Assembly: GCF_030150205.1 (NCBI RefSeq)
Contig: NZ_JASLGT010000014.1
Coordinates: 22,166-86,165 of the forward strand
Reading direction: 5' to 3'
DNA: 64,000 nucleotides
DNA from: Niabella sp.
GTDB lineage: Bacteria > Bacteroidota > Bacteroidia > Chitinophagales > Chitinophagaceae
Program-made: the position numbers and the translations under genes
Shown here: positions 49,320 to 59,468 of the stretch, piece by piece
How the letters are laid out: each line of letters opens with the position of its first letter
Position numbering within the stretch: the stretch's first letter is position 1
The notes under the pieces: generated by a model
Told to the model about the DNA's origin: nothing
Seen by the model: only the letters and a program-made list of their open reading frames with translations
The model's database searches: none

Positions 49320-50435
49320 ATGAAGCGAAAGCGCATCACCGTATCCGTAATATCTGAAATAACGACCGATCAACGGGTGATACGGATCTGCACAACGCTC
49401 GAAGCAATGGGTTTTGACGTGTTCCTTATCGGCCGGGCATTCGGGAATAGTCTTTCCCTGGGCACCTACCCTTTTCAGGCGCGCAGGATGCGTTGTTATT
49501 TCAGAAAAGGCGTTTGGCAGTATGCCGAATTTAACCTGCGCTTGTTTTTTCGCCTGTTGTTTTGCAAAACCGATTACCTGCTGGCCAATGACCTGGACAC
49601 GCTTGCACCCAACTATATCATCTCCAAATGGCGGAAAAAGTTCCTGTTCTATGATACGCACGAATATTTTACCGGGGTGCCGGAACTGGCAGATTCCCCC
49701 GCAAAAAAGCAGATCTGGAAACGTTTGGAAGATGCCATTTTTCCCCGGCTCCCCGTTGTATATACCGTAAGCGATGCTGTAAAGGCCAAATACCAGGCGT
49801 TATACGGAACCCCCATTTCCGTGGTACGCAATCTCCCGGTGCCTCCTCCGCCTTCCGCAATCCCGCGTCCTGCTGCCTGGACGGGCAAGCGGGTGCTGCT
49901 GATGCAGGGAATGGGCATCAATCACGGACGTGGTGGCATGGAATCGCTGGAGATGATGCGATATCTCCCGGAGGATTATTACCTGGTTTATATTGGTGGC
50001 GGATTGCTATGGGAGCAGATCCGGCAAAAACGGACGGAGTGGAACCTTGAGAACCGCGTGGAAATGATCTATAAACTGCCACCGGATCAATTGAAGAATT
50101 ATACCCCACATGCAGAACTCGGACTTTCACTGGACGGGTTCACCGATGAAAATTTCCTGGTAAGCTTGCCCAATAAACTTTTTGATTATATATTAGCAGG
50201 TATACCGGTTGCAGCAACCCCGTTACCCGAGGTAAAAAGGATTATTGAACAATACGGAGTTGGATTTTGTTTAAATAACCGTACCCCAAGAGAAATGGCC
50301 GCTGAAATAGCGGGCTTCCTGGATGATGCCGAAAGCATACGGAAAGTCAGGATAAATGTATTAAATGCACAAAAAGAGCTGAACTGGAACCAGGAAAAGC
50401 GGGTATTGATAAAAATTTACGAACCTTATTTGTAA
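49320..50435 (+). CDS. GT4-like glycosyltransferase
   Basis: DQRV, ANDLDTL, YDTHEYF, SLPNKLFDYILAGIPV. Confidence 0.88.
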   Translation: MKRKRITVSVISEITTDQRVIRICTTLEAMGFDVFLIGRAFGNSLSLGTYPFQARRMRCYFRKGVWQYAEFNLRLFFRLLFCKTDYLLANDLDTLAPNYIISKWRKKFLFYDTHEYFTGVPELADSPAKKQIWKRLEDAIFPRLPVVYTVSDAVKAKYQALYGTPISVVRNLPVPPPPSAIPRPAAWTGKRVLLMQGMGINHGRGGMESLEMMRYLPEDYYLVYIGGGLLWEQIRQKRTEWNLENRVEMIYKLPPDQLKNYTPHAELGLSLDGFTDENFLVSLPNKLFDYILAGIPVAATPLPEVKRIIEQYGVGFCLNNRTPREMAAEIAGFLDDAESIRKVRINVLNAQKELNWNQEKRVLIKIYEPYL

Positions 50436-51562
50436 TGCAGCAACACTTGCATATTGTTTGTTTGGATGTGCCATGGCCGGCCGATTACGGAGGCGTGATC
50501 GATATGATGAACCGCATCCGGGCATTTCACCGGCTGGGCATAAAGGTACACCTGCATTATTTCAGTTATAATGAGCGGGGTATACCCCGGGAACTGAACA
50601 TTTTTTGCGAATCGGTACATGTTTACGAACGCAGAAAAAAAACGGAATGCCTGAACCTTTCCCTGCCCTATATTGTTTCTTCACGTATCAATGAAGCATT
50701 GAAGGAACAGCTGTGTAAAGACAATTACCCGGTGCTGCTGGAAGGCCTGCATTGCACGGGCATTATTCCTTTTATAGCACATACAGACCGTACTATTTGT
50801 GTGCGGATGCACAATAACGAAGAGGTCTACTACAAGGAACTGGCCCGGGCCACCTCCGATCTCTTTAAAAAACTCTACTACAAAACGGAAAGCCGGCTTA
50901 TAAAAAAATACGTACCTACGCTTCCTAAAAACATCCAGCTGGCCTGCGTTTCGGAAACCGATGTCGATTTTTTTGCAGCTCAGGGATTTGAAAATGTATT
51001 CCTGCTGCCCACTTTCCCCTCCTGGCAAAAGGTAAACAGCCTCGAAGGCATGGGTACGCATTGTCTTTTTCACGGCAATCTTTCGGTGGCCGAAAATGAA
51101 GAAGCCGCATTATGGCTGCTCAGCAAAGTATTCAACAAAGTTCGGGTACCGTTTATTATTGCCGGAAAAGATCCCGGCCGCCCCTTGCAGAAAGCCGCCG
51201 CGCTTTGTCAGCATACCTGCCTCATCAGCAATCCCAGCGAATCGGAGATCAACGACCTGGTTCAAAAGGCCCATATCAACGTATTACCCTGCTTCAATAA
51301 AAATATAACAGGAATACGCCTAAAACTTTTACATTCATTGTTTTCCGGCCGTCATTGCGTCACTACTCCATCCATGGTAACCGGAACCGGGCTGGAAAGC
51401 GCCTGCCATATCGGTAGTAACTCCAACGCCATCGCATCAATCATATCCCAGCTGTATTATAAGCCTTTTGAAGATGAAGAGATCCAGCTGCGAAAAACAT
51501 TGGTGGAAACCTCGTTTAACAATGACCGCAATACCAGCCAGCTGATGCAACGTCTCTGGTAA
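50435..51562 (+). CDS. glycosyltransferase (GT-B fold)
   Basis: DVPWPADYGGVID, LFHGNLSV.EN, TGIRLKLLHSL; overlaps upstream stop. Confidence 0.82.
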   Translation: MQQHLHIVCLDVPWPADYGGVIDMMNRIRAFHRLGIKVHLHYFSYNERGIPRELNIFCESVHVYERRKKTECLNLSLPYIVSSRINEALKEQLCKDNYPVLLEGLHCTGIIPFIAHTDRTICVRMHNNEEVYYKELARATSDLFKKLYYKTESRLIKKYVPTLPKNIQLACVSETDVDFFAAQGFENVFLLPTFPSWQKVNSLEGMGTHCLFHGNLSVAENEEAALWLLSKVFNKVRVPFIIAGKDPGRPLQKAAALCQHTCLISNPSESEINDLVQKAHINVLPCFNKNITGIRLKLLHSLFSGRHCVTTPSMVTGTGLESACHIGSNSNAIASIISQLYYKPFEDEEIQLRKTLVETSFNNDRNTSQLMQRLW

Positions 51563-51574
51563 TTGCCAATCAAT

Positions 51575-51770
51575 AATGTGTTTCCTTAAGTGTTTGGAAC
51601 GAAGCTTTTACAGGATGTATTTTTAATCCTGAGGAATTAAATCAGATTAACCAGGTGTGAAACGCATGGTTTATTACCGAAATCCTTGTTGAGCGCCCCC
51701 CGGCAATTCAAGTTCATCCCTTCCAAAGTCTTGAGCAGGTATATTTTCGGTCTCCTGGGTAAACGGCATT
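51575..51770. mobile_element. degenerate MITE-like cassette, copy 3, different cargo
   Basis: AATGTGTTTCCTTAAG ... GGGTAAACGGCATT ends. Confidence 0.45.
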
Positions 51771-52268
51771 AGGTTGCCGATGGTCAGGAACAATGGAGCG
51801 CTTAAGCTATCCCAAATAAAATACCTTGAGAAGCCCGCACCAAATACTTCATTTTCTTAGATCCAGGCCCTTTGAGTCTTTCATATAAATGAATTTCCGC
51901 AGGTTGAATTCATAAAAAACTGCATGCTTGGCCTATAGAAATAAAAAGTAGATACTTTTAATACAAGTTATTTTTTATCAATTAAATACGGTACAAAAAT
52001 TATATTGTTCAAACAAGTTTGAATACAGGCAATTCCAAACCTAAAATCTTCATTATTACACTATTTTAAAAAGAACATAAAGAGATACAATTTTATAAAA
52101 ATGAATATTTTAATCAATTTATATTAAGATAAAAATATTGACACTTTTTCGAACGGTCGCTTCATTTTAATTACTAAAAAAAATGGCAGTACCGGTATAC
52201 TTTTAACAGCACATTTTTCGCAGCTTCGGCAAATGCACTTAATTTGCTCCCTATTAATATCAAATAGA

Positions 52269-52733
52269 ATGAGGTTATTTTTTGTTTTGGCCATTGCTGT
52301 TTTGCTCCTGCCCTCCTGTATGCGCTACCAGGATATAAAATTCGTAGGCATTGATAATGTAAAAATGGGCAAGATCGGTATGAATGAGACGACCATGGAA
52401 ATGAATCTTATTTTCAATAATCCTAACAAGCTGGGTGCCTTATTGAACAATGCCGGAGGTAAGGCCTGGATACAGGATATTTATATTGGCGATTTTCTAC
52501 TGAATGAAGATGTAAAAATACCGGCACGGAGCGATTTTTCGGTTCCCGTACGTTTAAAAGTAAATATGAAAGACCTGCTGGCGAATTCCCTCAGTTTGAT
52601 CACACGGGATTCAGTAAACATCAAACTGGATGGAAATGCCCGTTTGAGTAAGGGTGGGGTTATAAAAAATTTCCCGCTGCGGTACAGCGGGAAAAAGGCT
52701 TCGAATGATTTATTAAGTCAGTTTAAATTTTAA
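52269..52733 (+). CDS. LEA type 2 (WHy) family lipoprotein
   Basis: Lipobox LPSC, FNNPN, IPARSDFSVPV. Confidence 0.82.
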   Translation: MRLFFVLAIAVLLLPSCMRYQDIKFVGIDNVKMGKIGMNETTMEMNLIFNNPNKLGALLNNAGGKAWIQDIYIGDFLLNEDVKIPARSDFSVPVRLKVNMKDLLANSLSLITRDSVNIKLDGNARLSKGGVIKNFPLRYSGKKASNDLLSQFKF

Positions 52734-53362
52734 CCGCGCATCCAGTTTGCCGGGTCTTCCCGCCATTTCAGCAACAATTCAGCATCCGTTTCGTTGATCA
52801 TTCCCTTTTCCTGTGCCAGCTCCAATAATACGGGGTAGCTGGTAAGGGGATGGTACTTGATCTGGCGATCTGCAAAAGCGGCCTGTGCCACGGCAAAATC
52901 ATAAGTAAAGATCGATACCATTCCTACGATATCAAGGCCCGCAGCTTCCAGTGCATCTACGGCCTGCAGACTGCTTTTACCGGTACTTACGAGGTCTTCT
53001 ACCACGGCAACCTTCTGTCCTTTTTCAAACAATCCCTCTACCTGGTTGCCCAGTCCGTGCTCCTTGGGCTTGGGGCGTACATAAATAAAAGGCAATTTCA
53101 GCTGGTCGGCAGCAAGGGCGCCCCAGGCGATCGCACCGGTGGCTACCCCCGCAATGCAATCAGCATCACCAAACTGCTCAAACAGAACGTTGCACATTTC
53201 GCTTTTAATAAAATCGCGTACAAACGGAAACGACAGCACGCTCCGGTTATCGCAATAGATCGGGCTCTTCCAGCCGCTTGCCCAGGTAAAAGGCGCTTCC
53301 GGTCTTAATTTTACCGCATTTACCTGCAGTAACTTTTCTGCAACTACTTTTGCATCGTTCAT
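52730..53362 (-). CDS. pyrE: orotate phosphoribosyltransferase
   Basis: FTWASGWKSPIYCDNR, VVEDLVSTGKSS. Confidence 0.96.
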   Translation of the reverse strand: MNDAKVVAEKLLQVNAVKLRPEAPFTWASGWKSPIYCDNRSVLSFPFVRDFIKSEMCNVLFEQFGDADCIAGVATGAIAWGALAADQLKLPFIYVRPKPKEHGLGNQVEGLFEKGQKVAVVEDLVSTGKSSLQAVDALEAAGLDIVGMVSIFTYDFAVAQAAFADRQIKYHPLTSYPVLLELAQEKGMINETDAELLLKWREDPANWMRG

Positions 53363-53421
53363 AATAGCTCCCTAAATTTAGGCTGCAAAATTAAGCGCAT
53401 CTTTTATAAAACAGAAATTAT

Positions 53422-54051
53422 ATGCAAATTAAAATACACACCCATGATAAAGTACTCTATCTCTGCGACCAGCCTGATGCCTATTTAAAAGAGCTGCTGC
53501 ACCATCCCGAAACGGTGCTGATCGATGAACTGGATACACATTCCATAAAGGCAATGCTGCGGGAGCTGACCCTTCCGGAAATCAAAACCGGCATCTTCGT
53601 TCACCCGGATTTTGAGCAGCTGAAACATGCTTTTTTCCGGAAGTTTGAGATCATCCGGGCGGGCGGCGGTTTGGTGTTAAATGAAAGCGGGGAAGTGCTG
53701 ATGATTCACCGCCGTGGCTTTTGGGATCTTCCTAAAGGAAAACTGGATGAAGGCGAAACCATTGAAGCCTGTGCCCTCCGGGAGGTAAAAGAAGAAACCG
53801 GACTATCGCAGGTTGAACTGGGCGCTCCCTTGCTCATTACCTATCATACCTATGAACAGGGCACCCATCATATCCTGAAGGAATCGCACTGGTTTATGAT
53901 GAAAGGAACGGCTACGGAACAACTGGTTCCGCAAACCGAAGAAGACATTACTGAAATCGGCTGGGTGGCCCCTGCACAGATTGCGGCATATAAGACGCAG
54001 GCCTACCCTTCCATCGTGGATGTGCTGGATACATGGGAGCAAGCCTCCTGA
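53422..54051 (+). CDS. NUDIX hydrolase
   Basis: WDLPKGKLDEGETIEACALREVKEETG. Confidence 0.92.
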   Translation: MQIKIHTHDKVLYLCDQPDAYLKELLHHPETVLIDELDTHSIKAMLRELTLPEIKTGIFVHPDFEQLKHAFFRKFEIIRAGGGLVLNESGEVLMIHRRGFWDLPKGKLDEGETIEACALREVKEETGLSQVELGAPLLITYHTYEQGTHHILKESHWFMMKGTATEQLVPQTEEDITEIGWVAPAQIAAYKTQAYPSIVDVLDTWEQAS

Positions 54052-54084
54052 GCTTGTTGATAGCCCTCTTTCTGTAGTAAAAGC

Positions 54085-54197
54085 TTAAACGCAATGTGCG
54101 CAAAGAATCCGCCAGGGCCGCAATGGCAATACGGTCAACACGTATATCACTGCGCTTGGCGAACGTTGCGAAATCCTTGCGGCCGTTGCGTTAAAAA
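54085..54197. repeat. REP-like 9-mer periodic hairpin
   Basis: TTAAACGCAATGTGCGCAAAG ... CTTGCGGCCGTTGCGTTAA. Confidence 0.7.
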
Positions 54198-54338
54198 AAG
54201 CCTGGGATTTGTACCGGTACACGAAACATGCGATTTAACCAACCTTAGTAAATTATTAACGCTTGTCTTACAGACCTTTTCTTTTGAAGCTCGTCTTTAT
54301 ATCAGAACCACATTTATTAAAAAACAAAGGAGGTCATT

Positions 54339-54809
54339 ATGAAAAAGTTATTCATTGTAATGATGTTGGTAAGCGGAATGGCCGCAGTACAATCTGCCAG
54401 TGCCCAGGTGAATATTCATGTGAATATCGGCAATCAGCCACAATGGGGTCCTCACGGATATAACCAGGCCCGTTATTACTATTTACCTGAGATTAATGCG
54501 TATTACGACGTATATAACCGGACCTATATTTACCAGGACCGGAGAAGCTGGGTAACTACCCGACAGCTCCCCCGTCAGTTTGCAAATGTCAATCTTTATA
54601 ACACCTATAAAGTAGTGATCAATTCGCCCAATCCATGGCGGGATAATAACGCTCACTGGAATCGTTATAACCGGTACCGTTATGATCACACACAGGTATC
54701 GATAAGAGATTATGCCGCTCATAATAACAGGCGGGACAGGGGAATTTATGACCGGGTAAACCGGAACAACGACTATGCCCACGACCGGGGCGGCAACAGA
54801 CGCCGTTAA
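54339..54809 (+). CDS. secreted hypothetical protein (PQWGP / YYYLPEI type)
   Basis: Signal peptide, QPQWGP, RYYYLPEINAYYDV, low-complexity Arg/Asn tail. Confidence 0.8.
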   Translation: MKKLFIVMMLVSGMAAVQSASAQVNIHVNIGNQPQWGPHGYNQARYYYLPEINAYYDVYNRTYIYQDRRSWVTTRQLPRQFANVNLYNTYKVVINSPNPWRDNNAHWNRYNRYRYDHTQVSIRDYAAHNNRRDRGIYDRVNRNNDYAHDRGGNRRR

Positions 54810-54832
54810 CAGCTATTGCTGCGATTATATAC

Positions 54833-54868
54833 AGAGCTGTATCAGGATGCTGATACAGCTCTTTTTTT
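54833..54868 (+). terminator. Rho-independent terminator
   Basis: AGAGCTGTATCAG-GATG-CTGATACAGCTCTTTTTTT. Confidence 0.85.
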
Positions 54869-54892
54869 ATAGCGGGGTCATTCCCGGTGATT

Positions 54893-56155
54893 TTATTTTT
54901 CCCTTTTAAGCAGGCAGTTCCCCGCTGCGCAGTAAAGGCATTTACGGGCATCGCAATACCGGGTCTTTAATTCAATAAACGCCTGCGAATCCATTGCCGA
55001 CTGGCTCACCAGTCCCAGGCATTCGAATCCCCTGGTGATCTTATTTTTTTCCGGTCTTGTTTCTTCCAGCCACCGGATAGCCTTTTCCTTCAGATGATTT
55101 CTACCGTATACATTTCCATAGGCAAAGAGCAACGGGGCAATGGTATTGATCACAATGTTATCGATCATTGAAGCACCGATCGATTTTATTTTCATCGGGC
55201 TTGCTTCAGTTAATATGTAGTGATAATGCCAGAAATCATTGGCATCTACCTTAAACCATTCCCGAACGGTATCTAAAACATCTTCCCGGATAATCTTTGA
55301 GAACAAATGCGCCGATGCGGCAATTACGGCTGCCAGCTGCGCCAGGCGTACCGTGGGAAAGCTGCCGGGGCGCATCCGTAAAAAATGTACGGGGTGTGCC
55401 ACCGGTAACAGGTTGTATTTTTTCCGGAGAAACCGGTACTCCCGTTGCAACATCACCGGATAAGGATCCTCAAAATGGTCGTTGAGCAACCCGGCCTGCC
55501 CCAGCAGCAAGGCCTCCAGTTGCTGGATCCGTTGTTTATGTTTGGCCAGTAAGGTTACCGGAAGGCTTTTTGCAATGGCTTCAAAGGCATCTGCATTCAC
55601 CGGAAGTCCAAAATTTTTTGCCAGCAGCCACCAAAAGCTTTCCTCCCAATGCTGATGATTCGCTTTCAGGTAATCTTCAATGACCGCTCCTTTCCGGATC
55701 AATCGCTCTGCCACCAGCCTGCTTTTCCATACATTAAGAATGATATCCGGCACCGTCGCGATCAGCTTTTCACAGGGAATAAAAGATTGTGCATGCAGCA
55801 ACGTTTCATACCGGTTCAGCAGGCTTCTTGAAACCAGCGTCTTTAGCTCAACAACAGGCAATGCGCCGTTGCCGGCCTCATCATCTTCATACACCACATG
55901 GAGGATCACTTTCCGGTAGTTACGGTCGTGCTGATGCAGGTGGCGGTTCCAATCTGAAGTTTTGAGATGCAATTCGACGGAGCCCGCCCAAAGGGTGGTT
56001 CCGATACGGATGCGTGCATGTTCAAAATCCGGCCCCTGATTCCGGTTTAATAGGCCTACATTCAATACCTGCACGGGGGTTCCGTCTGTTGTTGTTAAAG
56101 ACCGGGCATTAAAATACTGGAACTGCCAGATATACTGGAGTAGCTGTTCGTTCAT
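54893..56155 (-). CDS. DUF2851 family protein
   Basis: MNEQLLQYIW, GPDF, VELH..SDW..H, RMRP.SFPT.RLAQ, terminal C..C..C. Confidence 0.9.
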   Translation of the reverse strand: MNEQLLQYIWQFQYFNARSLTTTDGTPVQVLNVGLLNRNQGPDFEHARIRIGTTLWAGSVELHLKTSDWNRHLHQHDRNYRKVILHVVYEDDEAGNGALPVVELKTLVSRSLLNRYETLLHAQSFIPCEKLIATVPDIILNVWKSRLVAERLIRKGAVIEDYLKANHQHWEESFWWLLAKNFGLPVNADAFEAIAKSLPVTLLAKHKQRIQQLEALLLGQAGLLNDHFEDPYPVMLQREYRFLRKKYNLLPVAHPVHFLRMRPGSFPTVRLAQLAAVIAASAHLFSKIIREDVLDTVREWFKVDANDFWHYHYILTEASPMKIKSIGASMIDNIVINTIAPLLFAYGNVYGRNHLKEKAIRWLEETRPEKNKITRGFECLGLVSQSAMDSQAFIELKTRYCDARKCLYCAAGNCLLKREK

Positions 56156-56185
56156 AGGTTGCTATTTTTCTTGGTTATTAAATAC

Positions 56186-56776
56186 TCATTCGTCTTCCGC
56201 GAACTTGTACTGCAATTTACGCATTTCCTGTAATATTCTGCTCACCGGCAATCCCATTACATTATAAAAATCCCCGTTGATATTTTTTATGCCCACTACG
56301 CCGATCCACTCCTGTATGGCATAGGATCCGGCTTTATCAAAAGGCTGGTATTGGTCTATATAGTAAACGATCTGCTGCAGTGTTAACGGATGAAAGGTTA
56401 CTTCTGTAACATCCGAAAAAAGAACCTCCTGTGCACCCTTTAACAGCGCAACTCCGGTAATAACCTGGTGGGTACGGTTCTGCAAACGGGTAAGGATGTC
56501 AATCGCATCTTCCCTGCTTTTGGGTTTACCGATCACCTGGTTATCCAACACCACAACTGTATCCGCTGCCAGCACAATCGTATCACCGGCAACGCCCTCT
56601 AATATGGCTTCCGCTTTTCTCCGGGCTACATCCGCAATCGCCGCTTGCAGGTCCAGCGCCGGGTCGAAGCTTTCGTCAATTTCTTTTGTACGGATCTCAA
56701 ACGGAACATCCGCCCATTCCAGTATCTGTTTGCGGCGGGGCGATGAAGAGGCTAAAATAATACGGTTGCTGGCCAT
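56186..56776 (-). CDS. maf: Maf family nucleotide pyrophosphatase
   Basis: ILASSSPRR, AADTVV, GKP, DKAGSYAIQ, NVMGLP. Confidence 0.95.
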   Translation of the reverse strand: MASNRIILASSSPRRKQILEWADVPFEIRTKEIDESFDPALDLQAAIADVARRKAEAILEGVAGDTIVLAADTVVVLDNQVIGKPKSREDAIDILTRLQNRTHQVITGVALLKGAQEVLFSDVTEVTFHPLTLQQIVYYIDQYQPFDKAGSYAIQEWIGVVGIKNINGDFYNVMGLPVSRILQEMRKLQYKFAEDE

Positions 56777-56782
56777 TATAAC

Positions 56783-57715
56783 TTATAGATAAAAATAAAA
56801 AATGCCCATGGATAAAATACCGGTCAGCATCAGGCCCTTTGTAACCATGCTCAGGTAATGATATGCTGCCGGTGTACCAGCCGGTATCAGTTTCCGGAAG
56901 AGGTATCCTGCCGGCAACAGGATCAATGCCACACAATACACTACACCCGGCCACCACCCCAGTTGAAGGATATAGAACTGCACCACCAGCAGCAGCGCCA
57001 TCAGCAGGGTGAGCCATACAGCCACATAAACCTTGGTAGCATTTACCCCCCAGGCAATCGGCATGGTATTGCAGCCATATTTGCGGTCGCCCGTAATGTC
57101 TTCCACATCTTTTATCGCCTCCCGTACCAAAGAAATGATAAAGGCAAAACCGGCATATAAGACGGCAAAACGAAAAAGCTTCAGCTGACCCGGATGCCCG
57201 TTACCAAAGGCATCGGAGAACGAAAATTTGGAAAGAAAGATGATCATGATCGTCCAGGCCGTCAGCAGTGAAATCACCACATTGCCGATCAGGATTTCTT
57301 TTTTGAATTTTACAGAATAGAACCAGAGCAACAGCACACAGGCCATATTGGCTGCAACCAGGTACCATCTCGAAAACGAATTTACGGCAACGGCGGTCAG
57401 CAGCACTCCCAGTACACTCAGCACCAGGTGCCAGACCAGGGCCCACCGGCGGTTGATGTATTTACCAATGATCATTTTCTGCGGCTTATTGATCCGGTCG
57501 ATATTCATATCAAAATAATCATTGATGATATTGCCCGCGGCCGCTATAAACACAGATGCCAGTACGAGGAGAATGAATTGCATGCGATCGCCCTCCGGGA
57601 TCCGGTCGCGGTAAATGGGATGATAAATGCAGTATTGAAACATCACCTGCGTTAACGCAATAAATATAAGATTCGGGTAACGTACCAATCTGAGAAATGC
57701 AGCTATCTTCTTCAT
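56783..57715 (-). CDS. UbiA-family prenyltransferase (DGGGP-synthase-like)
   Basis: INDYFDMNIDRINKP, REAIKDVEDITGD. Confidence 0.88.
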   Translation of the reverse strand: MKKIAAFLRLVRYPNLIFIALTQVMFQYCIYHPIYRDRIPEGDRMQFILLVLASVFIAAAGNIINDYFDMNIDRINKPQKMIIGKYINRRWALVWHLVLSVLGVLLTAVAVNSFSRWYLVAANMACVLLLWFYSVKFKKEILIGNVVISLLTAWTIMIIFLSKFSFSDAFGNGHPGQLKLFRFAVLYAGFAFIISLVREAIKDVEDITGDRKYGCNTMPIAWGVNATKVYVAVWLTLLMALLLVVQFYILQLGWWPGVVYCVALILLPAGYLFRKLIPAGTPAAYHYLSMVTKGLMLTGILSMGIFYFYL

Positions 57716-57729
57716 CCGGTTTTTTAAAT

Positions 57730-58251
57730 TTAAGTGGAAGCGACCTGCGCATCCATTCCCCAATGTCCGTTACTGCGCAATACTTTTTCAATCACCTCCC
57801 GCACACAGCCTTTTCCACCGGTATGTCCGGAAACAAAGATTGCTTTTTGCAATATTTCGCTAACAGCATCGGCGGGGCAGGCCGATAATCCCACGATATC
57901 AAACACCGGCAGATCCGGTATATCATCTCCCATAAACAGCACCGTTTCCGGAGCTGCCTGCTGTTCCTGCATCCATTGCCGGATAAAGGCCTGTTTATCC
58001 TTGATTCCAAAATAAATTTCACGGATACCCAGTTTATTTAAACGTCCCTGTACCGCTGATGGACCGGATCCGGAAACGATGAGGATCCGGTACCCCTGTT
58101 TGATGGCCAGCTGGAGTGCATAGCCGTCTTTTACATGCATTACGCGGGCCCATTCACCACTTTCCAGTATCAGCAGGTCTCCATTCGTCAGCACGCCATC
58201 TACGTCAAATATAAACACCTTTATTTGCTGAAATCGCTGCAACAGGTTCAT
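57730..58251 (-). CDS. kdsC: KDO 8-phosphate phosphatase (HAD)
   Basis: FDVDGVLT, KDGYA, MGDDIPD, GGKGCVRE. Confidence 0.9.
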   Translation of the reverse strand: MNLLQRFQQIKVFIFDVDGVLTNGDLLILESGEWARVMHVKDGYALQLAIKQGYRILIVSGSGPSAVQGRLNKLGIREIYFGIKDKQAFIRQWMQEQQAAPETVLFMGDDIPDLPVFDIVGLSACPADAVSEILQKAIFVSGHTGGKGCVREVIEKVLRSNGHWGMDAQVAST

Positions 58252-58325
58252 GTGATCTTTATTTTTGTTAAGGGTGATGCAAATGTATTGGATTCAGCTG
58301 AATCGCCGAAACGAAGCGATCCCTG

Positions 58326-58533
58326 CTTAACGTAAAGCATCCGCAACAACCGCAACGGGAGATTACGGGGTTCAATATCTTCGCGCACTTAGCGAAAAAG
58401 CCTTGCGGTTCCTTGCGGTTTAAAGTGTAACAGCAATGTGCGCAAAGCACCCGCAACGATCGCAGGAAGATCAAATGTTGTCCTCGCGGTCCTTTGCGAA
58501 AAACCGCGCACTCCCTGCGGTTTCACAGTTAAC
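58326..58533. repeat. two REP-like 9-mer periodic hairpins
   Basis: CCGCAACAACCGCAACG...CCTTGCGGTTCCTTGCGGTTT; GCAATGTGCGCAAAG...CTTTGCG...CTGCGGTT. Confidence 0.7.
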
Positions 58534-58580
58534 CTTTATATGCGCCCGTGTCAGATTTAAATTCAATGACGCTCATTTTA

Positions 58581-59339
58581 TCAATGCCGCATCAGTGCCT
58601 CTGTTAAAAAGTTATAAACAGTCAGGTGCTCCGGGTAATTTTTCAAAAGCTCCTGGTGGCGATGGATCGTATCCAGGTCCTTCCGTGCAGCGGGCCCTGT
58701 TTGCATCTGGGAGGGCGATTCCCGTTCCAGGCGGTCCACCGTATTCCGGATCAGCGGCAGTAATTCACTGAAGGAGATGCCCTCTTTTTTACAAAAAGAC
58801 TCCGCCAGGTCAAATAAATAGTTGGTAAAATTACTGGCAAATACCGCAGCCACATGTAACCGCGACCGTTTATCCAGATCTGCCAGGTGTACCGGATTGT
58901 GCGTAATTGACGCCGCCAGCTGGTCCAGCACCTTTTGTGTGTCCTTATTAGAAGCCTCGGTGTACATCGTTAGCTCCGGAATGTTTTCCTGCTGCTTGCG
59001 CATACTTTGCAGGGGGTAAAAAACGCCGTAATTACCTGTAACGTCTTTTAATACTTCCATAGGTACTGCTGCCGCTGTATGCGCTACAATTTTGTCCTTT
59101 AACCGCAGGTCGGCTGCAATGGTTGCTATGGCGGTATCTGCCACGGCGATCAGATATACATCGGCCGTTTTAAGAATTAGGCTGGTATAGTTGGCCGATT
59201 CCGTATTCCACTCGTATGCAAGTGCTGAAGCGGCCGCCGCATTGCGCCCATAAACCTGCTGGATCACATGCCCGGCCTTCAGCAGTTTGCGGCCAAGTAC
59301 CGCTGCCACATTCCCCGATCCGATTATAACAATATTCAT
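58581..59339 (-). CDS. Rossmann-like and DUF2520 domain protein
   Basis: MNIVIIGSGNVA, FYPLQS, LHVAAVFASNF, QTGPAAR.D. Confidence 0.9.
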   Translation of the reverse strand: MNIVIIGSGNVAAVLGRKLLKAGHVIQQVYGRNAAAASALAYEWNTESANYTSLILKTADVYLIAVADTAIATIAADLRLKDKIVAHTAAAVPMEVLKDVTGNYGVFYPLQSMRKQQENIPELTMYTEASNKDTQKVLDQLAASITHNPVHLADLDKRSRLHVAAVFASNFTNYLFDLAESFCKKEGISFSELLPLIRNTVDRLERESPSQMQTGPAARKDLDTIHRHQELLKNYPEHLTVYNFLTEALMRH

Positions 59340-59468
59340 AATATAAATACCTTTGCGATCGCTGATGAAACAGTGTATGAGCTCCCTGATGGATTCAGGA
59401 GTCTGTTCAAACCAGGTTCCATCCGACCATAAAACATCCACCAAGGGTGGAAAATAAAAATTCAACGG

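Noticed and set aside
51880..52200. Replication origin
   Set aside because: No DnaA-box cluster seen and no origin-typical neighbours.
59365..59457. 30-aa uORF before the alpha/beta hydrolase
   Set aside because: No motif or compositional signal; consistent with chance.
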